From the NCBI RefSeq assembly GCF_009914755.1, contig NC_060936.1: a stretch of DNA of 64,000 nt. One strand, written 5' to 3'. The notes below the pieces were generated by a model, which saw nothing but the letters and a program-made list of their open reading frames with translations, was not told the DNA's origin and did not search any database. This stretch comes from the human T2T-CHM13v2.0 reference genome, Homo sapiens. Each line of letters opens with the position of its first letter. Positions within the stretch are counted from its first letter, which is position 1. Made by a program: the position numbers and the translations under genes. Shown here piece after piece: positions 1 to 14,565 of the stretch.

Positions 1-74
1 GTATATATCAAATTTACAGTGAAGAGGGATTTTGAATAAAGCCTCTGACATATTTTAAGGCATAGAATGCAGTA

Positions 75-190
75 CTTTAACAACTATTTATTCCCCTGCT
101 GTGTTCCAGACACTGTTTTGGATGTTAGAGAGATGGCTGTAAATAGAACAGGTAAGTCCTTTTTAGTCTTGAGTTACACAGATATCAAAT
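75..190 (-). mobile_element. L2 3' end fragment
   Basis: tttattcccctgctgtgttccagacactgttttggatgttagagagatggctgtaaatagaacag resembles the reverse complement of the L2 3' end. Confidence 0.55.
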
Positions 191-342
191 ATATTCTCAA
201 AGCAAGGTTAAGCAATTTATGTCCTTGAGCCAATTTTTTTTGTAGACCTCTCATGCCATCTTCTCTATGTAGCCAGTCTTATTCTGTAGTTATCTCTTTA
301 TTCTCTTTTCCTTTTTTCTCAATCTGTGTCACATGTCAGATC

Positions 343-532
343 AGAGACTTTGAAGACAGATAGATATAGCCCAATGAAATTTCGACTAAGCTACTTCTAA
401 GCTGTTTGACCACAGTCAAGGTATGTAACTTTTAGAGCCCCAGTTTTCTCATTTTGGAAATAATAAAATTTATTTTATGAGTTGTTGTTGGAGAAATAAT
501 GTAGGTAGTCAATAAATGATAATCATCATCAT
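343..532 (+). mobile_element. MIR SINE
   Basis: Core gctgtttgaccacagtcaaggtatgtaactttagagccccagttttctcattttggaaat; tail tcaataaatgataatcatcatcat. Confidence 0.7.
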
Positions 533-979
533 GTCATTTTTATCTCTACCTTTATTTTTGGCATATATTGAGGCAGAACTTCTTTACTCCTGAGGCATTC
601 CATTCTGTACAAAAGTATTTATGAGTTATAATATTGGTACTCCCAGCATGACCCAAGTAGGAAGGTCAGAAAATAAACAAATATTAAAATAATGTGGATC
701 TTTTCAAGATGGATAAAATTCTAGTTTCTGGCACATATATGAGGAGATTCAAGTGCTGATATTGATGCTGCAAAAATGTTTAAGTGGTGAAATTTTCACT
801 TAGTTATAAAGTTAGTAATACCAGTTGGGAATACAACCTAAGGGAATTTTAAGAGGGAAATTCCCTTTAGATGTGATAGCGCACATAAACACACGTAAAA
901 ACTACCACAAAGAGCAAGACAATAATCATTCTGTTATAATGACTTAGAGATATTTGTTCCAATTAAAACACATGCCAAC

Positions 980-1150
980 ATAATTATTGATGTCATTTAA
1001 GTGTCTTCTGTGTGTTTGCTGTTTTATACATATTTTGAATCCTCATATTGTCATGTAAGATAGATTATATTCATTTACAGATAGGGAGAATAGGGACTCA
1101 GCAAGGTGAGGCTGGCCATTATAGCACCCCAAGAGTCAGTGCCTCAGCCG
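980..1150 (-). mobile_element. MIR SINE fragment
   Basis: tttgaatcctcata...catttacagatagggagaatagggactcagcaaggtgag, reverse MIR core. Confidence 0.6.
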
Positions 1151-1335
1151 ATGTTTCAGTGCAGGTAAGATGCTAATGACAACTAGATCTTGGCTCCCAT
1201 ACCTTAAATCAATTCAAATCAGTAAATAATTAAGCATTGCTATATGAAGTACTCTGCAAAAATACCTGGACAAATATGTATAAGACATCTTTTCTGTCTG
1301 TCATCCTCCAAAGGAGACTGAAATTTTAGAGATAT

Positions 1336-1408
1336 TGTGTGTGTGTGTACGTGTGTGTATGTGTGAATATATATATATGTGTGTGTGTGATTATATATAT
1401 ACACACAC
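1336..1408. repeat. Compound (TG)n/(TA)n/(CA)n microsatellite
   Basis: Read directly. Confidence 0.9.
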
Positions 1409-1480
1409 CCACTAATTAAAGGCACAACCCAGAGTAGGATTAGTGTCAAAATTAATGATAGAGAACATGATTTTCTAGGA

Positions 1481-1696
1481 TAGAGGTTGACAAAGTATAG
1501 CCCCTTGGGCCAAATCCAGACCACTGCCTGATTTTGTAAATAAAGTGTTTTTGGAATATATCCACACCTGTTTGTTTTCCTGTTTTCTGTGGCTGCCTTC
1601 CTGCTGCAGGGCAAAGTTGAGTAGTTGTGACTTAGCCTGCAAAACCTGACAGTTTTACTATCGCACTTTAGAGAAAAAAAAAATTATTAAATCCTG
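1481..1696 (+). mobile_element. MER58A hAT-Charlie MITE
   Basis: gggccaaatccagaccactgcctgattttgtaaataaagt...gttgagtagttgtgac matches recalled MER58A; degenerate 8-bp TSD ttctagga (1473-1480) / ctctagaa (1697-1704). Confidence 0.9.
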
Positions 1697-2214
1697 CTCT
1701 AGAATTTCAGAAGATACTTTGCTTTCTGATGGAGGAATCAAAGAAGACATTAATGAAACAAGTGAAATTTATTTTGGAGCTGAGAGATGGATAGTCTTTA
1801 GTTAAGAGAGGAGCTAGTCGTAGTAAGTGCCACAGAACTCAAAATCAAAAGTACACCAATAGATAAATTAAAAGTCTGCTGAAGAATAAGGATCATATTA
1901 CTCTATATAATTTATATAATGCTATAACCATTTGTCTATGAATATTTTTTGTAAGCATCTGGGACGCTGATTCTTAAACTTGATGAAACATTTGAATCAA
2001 CTAATTAACTACTTAAAAGTTATATTTTACTCAGTAATCTGTGAGGCTAAAATATAATCCATGTGGAAAATCACTGATCTAGGATATTTATTCACTGGAT
2101 AAAACTGAGTATTTTGCATTGATGGCAGAGACTGTTTTCTCCCCCATGTCTCTATTTTCATAACATGAGGGAATGCTGGATATAACTCTAATATTTTTTT
2201 CTAATCACTGTTTA

Positions 2215-2400
2215 TAATAAATACTAGATACTGAGCATACAACTAAGTACCAAGAGTGTCCCCAGAGCTTTTCATACCTTATCTCATTAAAAACTTGCAG
2301 TAGCCAAATGAAGTAGATGTTATTATTTCCATTTTTGTAACAGCATTAGGAAACAGATGTATCAAATAATTGACATAAGTCTACAAAACTAGTAAGTAGA
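2215..2400 (-). mobile_element. MIR SINE
   Basis: atctcattaaaaacttgcagtagccaaatgaagtagatgttattatttccattttt...aactagtaagtaga. Confidence 0.7.
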
Positions 2401-3514
2401 TCCTCTTTATCCAATAATATCCAGAAATGGACTCTTAAAATGAAAAACTTTTTGAGCTAGAACATAGATAGGAATATACTTTCAGAAGTTTATAAAAGTG
2501 AACATCCCAATTTGTTCTATCATGTGGCTTAATTCTTTTCTATTCAAAGCATTGTGCCATGTTTTTAAAAAGTTGAGTTAGCTCTTAGTACAAATGGTTC
2601 TGCAAATTTTTATTGAATATACTGATTTTTTATGGAACTATAACTTTCTGCATCCTCTCTCTGTTTCTTTGTCACTTTCTGCCCACAACTCTTTTTCTCT
2701 TTACCTTGCCTCTTAATATTCAGTCATTTGTAATTTTCTCTGTTTCCTGTAGTATCAGTTCTTAATATCCATATAGGTCCTCATTACCCATTACTTGTTG
2801 CAGTGTCTTTGATGTAACAATAAAGTGCTTGAAAGCATTTTCATAAAGCAGTGACAGCTTCCAGAAGAAAAAGAAAGAATCAATGCAACTTCATACCAGC
2901 TTCTTGTTCTGAAGTGAAAAAGGGGCAGAAACTGCAGAATTGTTTGAGTATCACTAAGGGATATGACAAACTAATAAGTAGATAGGAAAAGGTGAATGAT
3001 TCAGAGGAAGCCACAGATAATCTAAGAAAATGTAAGTCTGTGTTCCCTGTAGGCCGCATTAGCATCTGTGTGAATGTAACCTGGCCTCTTGTGCCATGGG
3101 GAGAGCATTAATTAAACACAGTAATGTCCTGGTACAGGAGGATTTATAGACATCAGATCTAAGGCTTATAAAAAATTGTTTCCCTTTTACCATTAAATTT
3201 CTAAGTAATATATGCTGTTAATTTAAGAAAAAAATACTTGTATGAGGAAATGTGTATTTTTATTTGTTTTCATTTTATTTTTGTTAATAACACAAATTTG
3301 TTACTCTACCTCATTAAGATACCTGAATCCGTTATCTACATTTATTTTCAAATGTTCCAAATAAAGGTGGGGAAGAAACACTTCTAAAAAAAGTGTCACC
3401 AACAAATATTTTAAATGCCTAGAAACCTAATTATGACTGTTCATTGGGATACTTCAGTATTTATGATCAAAATTATTATGCATATTTGGTCAGTTACTTT
3501 AAGTGTGAATATTA

Positions 3515-4160
3515 TGTAGGGGCCAAGGGAAGCTTCCCCTTTACCCTCTGAAGGTTTGCTGAAAAATCAATTCACAAAAGACAGATTAGTTGGAGAAAAG
3601 GCATACAATTTATTGTCATGCCCAGGGAAGAATCACCGAGTGAGTTCCCGGTATCCCTATGTGGTACAGATGCTTATATAACCTACTTCCTAGGGGAATG
3701 GAAGATGGCAAAGGATGGATGCTTTTAGGGAGATACTAAATGATTTTTAGGGAATTCAATAGGCTTGAAGAACATACAGTGTCCTGGGACAAAGTCCGTT
3801 TGTACCAAAGAACCGATAATGGTTGTTGACAAAAATCCGTCCTGGTTTGTTGACAGACTTCAGTCTTCCTTTCTGCAATATGAGTTCAGTTAATGAAAAC
3901 TCAGGGAAGGGACCTGCAGTAGTTGTTTTATTCTTTGGCATATCTGGACTTTAGGCAGATAAGCGACTTAGAGAACAACTTCATTCTGTGCTTTGGGAGA
4001 CATAGAAGATTGAGAGATGTGGGTCGGGGGGCATAGGTAGATAGGGGGTTGGAGGGTTGAGGATGGTGGAGGGTGGAGAAAGTGAGAGAGACCTTGTGGA
4101 TCCTTCTGAATGTCAAAGTGCCATATTTAGGGTGTTGGTTTCTGAGCCAATTTTGTAACA
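3515..4160 (-). mobile_element. ERV1-class solo LTR (MER39/MER34/MER93 group; subfamily uncertain)
   Basis: tgtaggggccaagggaagcttcccctttaccctctgaaggtttgctgaaaaatcaa at one end and gtcaaagtgccatatttagggtgttggtttctgagcc at the other; TG...CA termini; aataaa on minus strand. Confidence 0.75.
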
Positions 4161-5652
4161 TTTCCATCCAACTTTTAAAAATCTATGAGCTATTTTAAAT
4201 TGTTCTACATTTTATTAGGCCTCTTATTCTATTAGCTCTTGTCTTGAAGCAGTAATACTTAATGCTTGCTCAGTTATGCATTCAGATAACCGCTTGTGGT
4301 CTATAAAACCTAAATTTAAATATATGATTTTTTGGTACTCTCTTGGTGTCTGAAGGATTTGCAAAATCCAGTTTATACACTCAGATTTTTGGAATGAGAA
4401 AGGAGAGAAGGCAGGTAACAAACTTGGTGCTAAGTGTGTGCCAAACATACAGTTACAGAGTTTTTACAGCATCACCTCATGCAATCCTTAATCATTCCCT
4501 GACAACCTCAGCATCTCTATTACCTGGGCATTGCTATCTCCAATTTAGAATGGCTCTGGCTGGTTAGGAAACAAAGGTTTATTTCCAAAATCCATATTTT
4601 CCCTTATATTACATGTTTTCTTCCGAGGTAGAGTGGAATCCTCCCTCTTTGCACACACAATTTATAGAAGAGAGAAATTACAGGGCAGCAAGAGAAATAT
4701 TTAGGATTCTGTTCTTTTAAAATGTGGTAGCTAAAAATAAAAATCATCATATTTTTAAATGTCAGAATTACACCTGGAAATCTTTTTCAAAAAACAAAAG
4801 GCAAACTTAAAAGAATGAGAAAAATGTTGGCAATACTTTACTTTGTGACTCTTCCACATGTACAATTCCTCTTTCAAAAGTGTTAACCTTATAAATTGTA
4901 TGTTGGGATTGATGCTAGTATCAAGAAATCAAATAGACACAGATAATTATTGAATTAGGGTTACATTTAAATAATTGGGATTTGAATATTGTTTTCTTCT
5001 TTTTTGAGTGCTTGATTATACCTTATTAAAGAGGTGTATTCAGCTCCAATTATACTTTAATGAGAATGACTACTCAAAAAAAACCTTAATAATTTGTTCA
5101 TTAGAATACCAGAACTTCATTATAACTTGAAATTCAATGTAAGGGTTCATCTTAAACCTATTCCAGAAGAGTTAGGAAGTCCCTCATTATAGACAGTTTA
5201 GCTCTTAACTCTAGCCCTCTGATAGGAAACATAAAGATAGTGCTGTAATGATGTTCCAGCATACATGTTTAAAAACGTGTTTCTTTAATAGTAATACACT
5301 GTTCTGAAATACATAATTGAGATAATATATGTTTCTAACTGTGAGGCAGTTGAGCTGAATGACAGTATGTCTTGTTTATGTTTTGTCCTAGCTTGGGCTG
5401 CTATAACAAAGTACCATAGACTGAGTGCTTATAAACAACACAATTTTTTTTTCACAGTTCTGGAGGCTGGCAAGTCCAAGATCAAGCTGGTGGCAGATTC
5501 AGTGTCTGGTGGCCTGCTTTCTGATTCACAGATAGCAGTGTTATACCTGTGTGCTTACATAGCAGAAGTGGTGAGAGAGCTCTCTTAGGTCTCATTTATA
5601 AGGTCACTAATTCCATTCATGAGGTATCTACCATTAGGACTCAATCATCTCC

Positions 5653-7930
5653 TGTATTAATCTGTTCTCATGCTGCTATAAGGACATATCTGAGACTGGG
5701 TAATTTATAAAGGAAAGATGTTTAATTGACTCACAGTTCTGCATGGCTGGAGAGGACTCAGCAAACTTAACAGTCATGGTAGAAGGGGGAAGCAAACATG
5801 TCCTTCTTCACATGGCAGCAGGAGAGAGAAATGAGTGCTCAGCGAAGGGGGAAGCCACTTATGCAATCATCAGACCTTGTGAGAACTCGATCACTATCAT
5901 GAGAACAGCATGAGGGTAACTGCTTCATGATTTAATTATTTATCACTAGGTCCCTAACATGACATGTGGGGGATTCTAGGAACTACAGTTCAAGAGAAGA
6001 TTTGGATGGGGACACAGACAAACCATATCATTCTGCCTCTGGCCCATCTCAAAACTTATATCCTCACATTTTATAACAAAATCATGCCCTTCTAACAGTC
6101 CCCCAAAGTGTTAAGTCATTTCAACCTTAACTCAAAAGTCCAAGTCCAAAGTTTCAACTGAGACAAGGCAATCCTTTCTGTCTATGAGCCTGTAAAATCA
6201 AAAGCAAGTTAGTTACTTTCTATTAATAGATACAATAGGGTAAACACACCCATTCCAAATGGGAGAAATTGGCTAAAACAGAGGGGCTCTGGGCCCCATG
6301 CAAGTCTGGAATCCAATAGTTCATTCATTTAACCTTAAAGTTCCAAAATGATTTCCTTTGACTCCATGTCTCACATAGAGGTCATGCTGATGCAAAACAT
6401 GGTCACATATGGCCTTGGGCAGCTCCTCACCTGTGGCTTTGCAGGATACAGCTCCTGTCACAGGTGCTTTCACTGGCTGGCATTAAGTGTCTGCAGCTTT
6501 TCCAGGCACATGGTGCAAGCTGTCAGTGGATCTACAATTCTAGGGTCTGGAGGATGGTGGCCTTCTCCTCACAGTTCCACCAGGCGGTGCCCCGATGGAG
6601 ACTCTGTGTGGAGGTTCCATCCCCACATTTCCCTTCCTCACTGTCCTCAGCAGAGTTTCTCCATGAGGGCCTTGCCCCTGCAGCAAACTTCTGCCTCGAC
6701 ATCTCGGCATTTCCATACATCCTTTGAAATCTAGGCAGAGGTTCCCAAACTTCAATTCTTGACTTCTGTGCAGTTACAGGTGCAAAACCACGTGTAAGAC
6801 GCCAAGGCTTGGGGCTCGCCCTATCTAAAGCAGTGGCTTGAGCTGTAACTTGACCCCTTTTAGCGATGGCTGGAGCTGAAGCAACTGACACACAGGGTAC
6901 CACATTCTGAGGCTGCATAGAGTGGGGGACCCTGGGCCCAGACCACAGAACCATTTTTCCCTCCTGGACCTGGCCTGTGATAGGAGGGGCAGCGATGAAA
7001 GTCTGTGGCATGCTGTGGAGACATTTTCCCCATTGTCTTGGTGATTAACATTTGGCTTCTTGTTACTTATGCAAATTTCTACAGCCTGCCTGAATTTCTC
7101 CCCAGAAAATGGAGTTTTCTTTTCTATCACATCATCAGGCTGCATATTTTCCAAACTTTTATGCTGTGCTTCCTCTTGAATGCTTTGCTGCTTAGACATT
7201 TCTTCCACCAGATACCCTAAATCATCTCTCTCAAGTTCAAAGTTCCACAGATCTTTAGGGCAGGGGCAAATGCTACCAGTCTGTTTGCATAGCAAGAGTG
7301 ACCTTTACTCCAGTTCCCAAAAAGTTCCTCATCTCCATCTGAGACTACATCAGCCCAGACTTCATTGTACATATTACTATCAGTATTTTGGTCAAGGCCA
7401 TTCAACAAGTCTTTATGAAGTTCCAAACTTTCCTACATCTCCCTGTCTTCTTCTGAGCCCTCCAAACTGTTCCAACCTCTGCCTATTACCCAGTTCCAAA
7501 GTCGCTTCCACATATTTGGGGATCTTTACAGCAGCACCCCACTCCTGGTACCAATTTACTGTATTAATATGTTCTCGTGCTGCTATAAGGACAGATTCTG
7601 GACTGGGTAATTTATAAAGGAAAGAGGTTTAATTGACTAACAGTTCCACATGGCTGCGAGGCCGCAGAAAACTTACAACTATGGTGGAAGGGGAAGCAAA
7701 CACTTCCTTCTTCACATGATGGCAGGAAAGAGAAGTGCTGAGCAAAAGGGGAAATGCCCCTTATAAAACCATCAGATCTTGTGAGAACTCACTCACTATC
7801 ATGAGAAAAGCATGAGGGAAACCACCCCATGGTTAAATTCCACCCACCAGGTCCCTTCCATGACATGTGAGGATTATGGTAACTGCAATTCAAGATGAGA
7901 TTTGGGTGGGGACACAACCAAATTATATCA
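5653..7930 (-). mobile_element. Full-length THE1 (THE1C/D-type) ERVL-MaLR provirus: 3'LTR 5653-6030, internal 6031-7559, 5'LTR 7560-7930
   Basis: Two ~375-bp LTRs (tgtattaat...atatca) flanking ~1.5 kb THE1-int; 5-bp TSD tctcc (5648-5652) / cctcc (7931-7935). Confidence 0.95.
6532..7426 (-). pseudogene. Frameshifted remnants of the MaLR/THE1 internal ORF
   Basis: Peptide QPDDVIEKKTPFSGEKF...PNVNHQDNGENVS is homologous to ORF pieces in the other two THE1 copies (40573-40917, 62085-62390); interrupted by stops and frameshifts. Confidence 0.75.
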
Positions 7931-8571
7931 CCTCCCAAGGGCTCCATCTCCAAATACCATCACTTTGGGAGTTAGGTTACAATATATTAGTTTTGGGGAC
8001 ATATATATTCAGTGTACAGCAAAGTTTTATAGTGTCTAATAGTATTACAGTATGAGTGGAACTTTTCTTTGCAGTTGACAAGAGAATCTGATCCATGCAT
8101 TGGCAACAAAATATCTCTTTCTTGACTCTGAAAAGATACACAATCAAGGAAGTGTGGGAAGACTATCAGGTAGAAGATACATACTACCCACTCAATGGTA
8201 TTTTATAGGAGAGAGATGATGAAGAAAAAATGAAATACTTCATTGTTAATTGAGAACTTTTATGGTCTGGTCAAGAGCATGGAACATCTGTGTTTTAGAC
8301 AATCAATATTTAAGTTGTAATTTACCAAAGCTAAGAGTCTATGACCAACAATTCAAACAAAAAGTTATGTAAATGAGGTATTTCTGTATGAATATGGTCT
8401 CTTTCATAAAAGCAGAACTAGAGATACAAGATGATGAAGAACATGCTAAGATTATGAACAGTAACACTGTTAAAACCCTTACCGAATGAAACAAATTTGA
8501 TATACAAATGACAGGTCCATTCTGATCCTGATGCAGCATGTGCTCCCAGATAGTCTATTGGAATGAGAGCC

Positions 8572-8853
8572 TTTTTTTTTTTTTTTTGACAGAGTCTCAC
8601 TCTGTCACCCAAGCTGGAGTGCAGTGGTGCGATCTCGACTCACTGCAGCCTTCGCCTCCTGGGTTCAAGCTATTCGTGTGCCTCAGCCTCCTGAGTAACT
8701 GTGGCTACATGTGCTATTAATTTTTGTATTTTTAGTAGAGATGGAGTTTCGCCATGTTGGCCAGGCTGGTCTCTAACTCCTGACCTCAGATGATCCACCT
8801 GCCTCAGCCACCCAAAGTGCTGGGATTACAGGCATGAGCCACTGTGCCTGGCC
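8572..8853 (-). mobile_element. AluS (Sx-like) with small internal deletion
   Basis: PolyT then gacagagtctcactctgtcacccaagctggagtgcagtgg...cccaaagtgctgggattacaggcatgagccactgtgcctggcc. Confidence 0.95.
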
Positions 8854-9065
8854 AAGAAACATTTTTACATGCACTGTATTGGCTCCAGAAAATGACCATC
8901 TCTTGTAATCAAATCATTAATGATTCAAACGAAGTGTTTTGTATGTGTTCTTTATGCTATTAAAGGCATCAGAATAATATAATATGGTTGAAGTGCCATG
9001 ATTCTTTATTTCATTACATAATCAAACTTTATTTTGAAAAATTATATATTCTTTGCCTGTATAGC

Positions 9066-9818
<753 letters not shown>

Positions 9819-12800
9819 ACAGGTCTCTCCTTTTCACATCCGTGAGAAGTCTCTCAAATTCCTAGAAATCTGAAAATGAAAAAAAAACCACACATCGTTC
9901 ACCAATTTTTCAGTATAATTTTATTTCAGTTATGGCAGTGATTACTATTAAAAACTTGCTCTTCATTTGACATTGACTTTTACCTTTTGTTTTTTTTACA
10001 ATCTCTTGTAAGAGGAATTTTCTGATAAGATTAAAAAGAGGCACATGGAGAGGCCTATGTGTCAAGACTGGCAAACACTCAGATGCTAAGTGTTTCCTGC
10101 ATCTGTGAAACTATCACACTGTATAGCAACACACCTGCATCAATAATAATACCAGCAAAGTTACCAGGCATTCTTCCCTTTGGTGACTGTTCATACTCTT
10201 GGAGTATTTGGATATTGTTGCCATTGCCTCAGAAATCTGTTATTGGCCTGTTGCTGAAATAGTGTCCTAAACAGCATAAAGATGCTTGTGTAGCTGACAG
10301 TGTTTTCTGGACTTCACTTTATTCATGAGAGATGTGAATTTATCCTTACTAACTCCAAAGTGCCAGGAAATTGAAAAGAGAGTCTGCTGGAACCTGTTTG
10401 TTACCTATCTTGCACCCTGGCCTGGTTCCTGCTCCATCACTTGACTCTGTTGGATCTTGGCATCAACTCTGGCCAGGACCTGGTGACTGTTCCCTGTAAT
10501 GCCCTTCAATTTCACTGGAAGGGGAAACTACAGATAATAGTCATGGGAACCTAACAGTTCCCAGAAGCCAGCCTGACAAAGAAAAGCATAAAGGACACAC
10601 AAACAGCATGATGCCTGAGGTAACTGGCTTGTTGCTTTACCACCTTGGGCCTGTAACCTTTAGTTATAAATACATGGAGTAGGTGTTTTATTGTACAGCA
10701 TTTTTCTTGGCATATAACAGAAAAATTGAAGGCATTTATTAAAGTATTTACTGAAGGTGGGAAGCACCCTGACAGTACCTAAATAACATCATTTTGTGGA
10801 AACATTTTCTTTTACTTCTTACCCAAGCATTTTGTCATTGACTTTGAGCAAAAGTAAAGAGAATTAAAGAATGATAACAATTAAAAAATCATTTGTCATG
10901 CAATATTCTGGGTAGGCCATTAAACATACCTAAATTTGCATTTATTTTCTGTAAGTTCTTATGTTTTTCTGCATTTATTTTAAATTTGATAAATATTTTA
11001 GCTTTTTTAATAAAAAAAGAATTAGTTTTTAAAATACAAAAAAGAAATATGTGCAGTTGATTTTTAAGTTATCTTATTTGCCTTCAGTTGTGCAAAAATA
11101 GGCCCATCGCCTTAGGATTTTGCTTGACTCAATTCCTTAGTTATTCAAGTGTCTCAAGTCAGCTGTTTGTGAGGGTAAAAATAGGGAATGTTCAACAGAA
11201 TGACACAAGAGAACTGGGTAACTTTTATTCTGGAAAAAAGTATAGGTCATGGAAATTAAAGGAATTTTATTTCCAGAGTGAGCCTATTATATGAGGAGAA
11301 CTATGATACATGTAATTTATTTTCACATTTTTCCCAACATTCATTATTTAAAAGGTTACTAGAACTTATTTCTATTATGGCAGTTAATAGCATATTTTTT
11401 AGCATCATTACCCCATTAAAAATCATATTCTGCCTGAGAATTTACTTAAGATAAGTGAGGTTTTATAGGTTTTGTTATATGTTATAGCGTAAATGCATTA
11501 TTTGGATAGGTGGCTGGCTAACAGTATAACATAATCTAGATTTTTCCAGTGAATAATATTTTGAGTTAATATTGTGGTGTATGAATAAAATCACTTCTGT
11601 ATTTTAGTATTATTTTTAGCCTCATTTCTTTGCAAAATAGGGAATAAAAAATTTAATCTGCTTGTATTCCTGCTCTATTCTGTGAGTCTTTAGTCATGGG
11701 AATATATCACCTAAATTAGAGTACATTTGTAAAAATTATAAAGGCAAAATGATTCCTTCTTATTAAATATATGCACCCTTCTCATCCGTTTTATTAATAT
11801 ACTCATAAAATCCTACTTGATATTGGACAGGCACTAGGCTCCAATCTATAGTCTATATTCAGACAATTGCTAGGTTTAGAAATTTTCAAGCTTATGTGAT
11901 TATTGATGCCATTTTTGTAGAAGATTTTAGGACATTGGTATTTTATGGAAGACTATTTAGGAAACATTGCCTTAAGGAAAGATCTTTGTCTTTATAGACA
12001 AACTAGAATTTTGAAAATATTATTTATAATGCCCTGTACATACCTGAAGAGTACTTAAACTTGGATTTTATTCTCACAGTTCTAAACATGTGACCTGATC
12101 TCAGGTGATTTACAATGCATGTCGAAGTAGGCTCTGCGCTTGTTTTCATAATAAAAATCACAAATATCAGAATTATATGGTTTATTAAAATTTTAATATG
12201 GATATAATAATAGCAAAATAATAACTGAAATTATTGAGGTCTGAATTAATTGTTGAGACCTAAGGTCTGGCCTAATCGACTCAAATAATTTAAATTGAAC
12301 ATCATTAGGCAGTAAATGTGAAATCACTATTGTTGTTTTATTATTGATAGAATCACTCTTTCTTCCCAAACTTTGGAGTTTTAATAATTAGAAAAAGCAT
12401 TTGTTTTACTGACATCTTGATTTTCCTTATTTCTGTGCATTGCCACATCATAGAGGCAATTTAAATTTTTGAACTCATTTCCTGGTAAAAGCTTTTAATT
12501 ACTGAAATATAGCTATATTTTACTATTGTTAACTGTGACTCAATTTTTTTGTATCCTTGAGTTTTTTTTTCCTCATAAGGGGCAAAGACATTTAGATTAT
12601 ATTGCAGGAATAGTGAATATTGAAATCATTTCCTGATATCTTTATCCCAAATTATCTTTCTTTTTAGAGCCATAGTATTATAGCTTATATTGCTACACTG
12701 CTTATCAGTACCATTTATATGCTTATCAGCTACACAACTCAGCATCCCTAAATCATTTTTCTCACCTTGTTCTAAAGCTTTATCCCACATACCACGTACT

Positions 12801-14319
12801 TAAACATTTGTTAAACCACATGGCTAGCATAAATTGCTATACTATTATAAATGTAATACTTTTTCTATCTATGTTTCCATATAATCTCATTTCATTCTTT
12901 CTAGCATGAGAGACCTGTGAAATTACAAATAACGTTCTATTCAATAATGGGGCAAAAAAGATGAGTAAAAGTCACCTGTATTCAAGAAGCATAGGAGTAA
13001 GTTTCCTAAATTTTGGCTAATGTTTGCCAATCTGCTGAAATAGCTGGAATTTTCCTTCCACAGTTTTTGCACTCACCACTGTAATTAAAATAAATATTAT
13101 GGGAAACTAATTCTTGTAAAGTAGAATGCTCCCTTCCAAGTCCAAAATACATCATAGTTTGTAGTCTTAATTGTTTGTTAATCACACTCTTAAGGTGTGT
13201 GATCTTCCGTTTCCAATAGTTGTTCTGGTAATAAAGTACACATAGATATTATGATCAAGAACTTTCAAAGAGAAATGGTATCACTAGCACTATCATCCTC
13301 TTCTCCCTGCCTGAAAATCACTTTTTTTCTGAATTTTGTGGAAATCACCTATTTTCCGTAAAATATTGGCATAATAAATGATATCTTTGATAATAGAAAT
13401 TATGTTTTACTTGGCAATTGGCTGCGTTTTCTATATAAAGTTTAATGCTGATATAATTTTGTGATTTTTCTGCTCCTGTATTTTCCCATTTGCAACACCT
13501 GATTATAAAGAAAATTTCCATGACTCTATTTTATTTCTCAACTATTTTAATAGCCCTAAATGTTAAATGTATCTAATGTGAGCATTTAACCTTTTAGAGT
13601 GACTTCACACTTTAACATGAACATTTTACCAAATAGTTTTTATTCGAATGAACATTTAGCCTTTACCTAATCTGATTTACAAGATTCCTTTTTGGATTTG
13701 TAGGAGTCAAACAAAGGGAAATTTACATTCCTGATTTGCAATAAAGACTTCATTTCAATTTAATATCATGCATTGTATTACACAATCTCTGTGTAAAATT
13801 GAATCGTGCAATCAAAGAATCTTGGAGGTTATTTAGCCCATTATTTTACCCAGTGAATTAATCTTACTGAATCCATGAAAAGTGATTATCCGGTTTCAAT
13901 TAAAAGGTTTGCAGGCATACAGTGACCTCATCACCTTAGAAGCAGAACATTTTTCCTCATCTGGCTTCATTTGTTCATAATGTTATTTTAATATTATCTT
14001 GAGAGGGAAAATACATGTAATGTGAATTCTTTGTGTCATTTACATGTTTATAAATCTATAAATTAGAAACATTCACACCAGAAAGGCAGGTCTTTGACTT
14101 CCTGCTGACAGATTTTAAGATAATCTGTTCCTACCCACAGACCAGGTGAAGGTGGTCATGTGTACCTCACATGACATGGACTGAGTATGCCAGAGGTTAT
14201 GGGCACTACAGTTGTGAGATACTGTTAACTCTGAACTGGTGGCTCTGTTGGCATGTGCAAGTGGAATAAATTGCTAGGCAAGGAGAAGAATGGGACATAT
14301 GTTCTAAATAAGCAATTAT

Positions 14320-14565
14320 AATAATGATTTACATTGATTATCTACTGTCCCAGGCACTATCTTAAACACTTTACATGTGTCACCTTTTTTAATCCATACA
14401 CCTGAGATAGGGACCATTATTACTTCAGTTTTTACAGAAAACAATCCAAGGCACTGAGGCTTTAAGTGACTCACTAAAATTCACAAAGTTAGTAAATAAT
14501 AGAGATGGTGTTTGAGACTAGACATTCTAACCCCAGATTCCACACGTTAGCACTTAGATGATGCT
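14320..14565 (-). mobile_element. MIR SINE, near full length
   Basis: ccaggcactatcttaaacactttacatg...tttttacagaaaacaatccaaggcactgaggctttaagtgactcac... Confidence 0.85.

Larger units (their letters stand above)
5384..8021 (-). mobile_element. MLT1A/MLT1A0 solo LTR split by THE1 insertion (pieces 5384-5652 and 7931-8021)
   Basis: gggctgctataacaaagtaccatagactg...cacagttctggaggctggcaagtccaagatcaag; resumes cctcccaagggctccatctccaaataccatcac...cagtgtacagca. Confidence 0.9.

Noticed and set aside
1240-1614. 124-aa ORF and the other short ORFs in the track
   Set aside because: They run through microsatellites, Alu, MITE or AT-rich DNA, often start at non-ATG codons, and show no recognisable domain or coherent exon chain
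1965-2085. Possible MER5-type relic
   Set aside because: Only short terminal motifs match; too decayed to call
4021-4078. G-rich tract with G4 potential
   Set aside because: Lies inside an ERV1 LTR and has a long loop; likely element-derived
11088-11174. Possible 87-nt open exon (ttgccttcag|...AGG|gtaaaa)
   Set aside because: Weak donor and unrecognisable peptide; no partner exons
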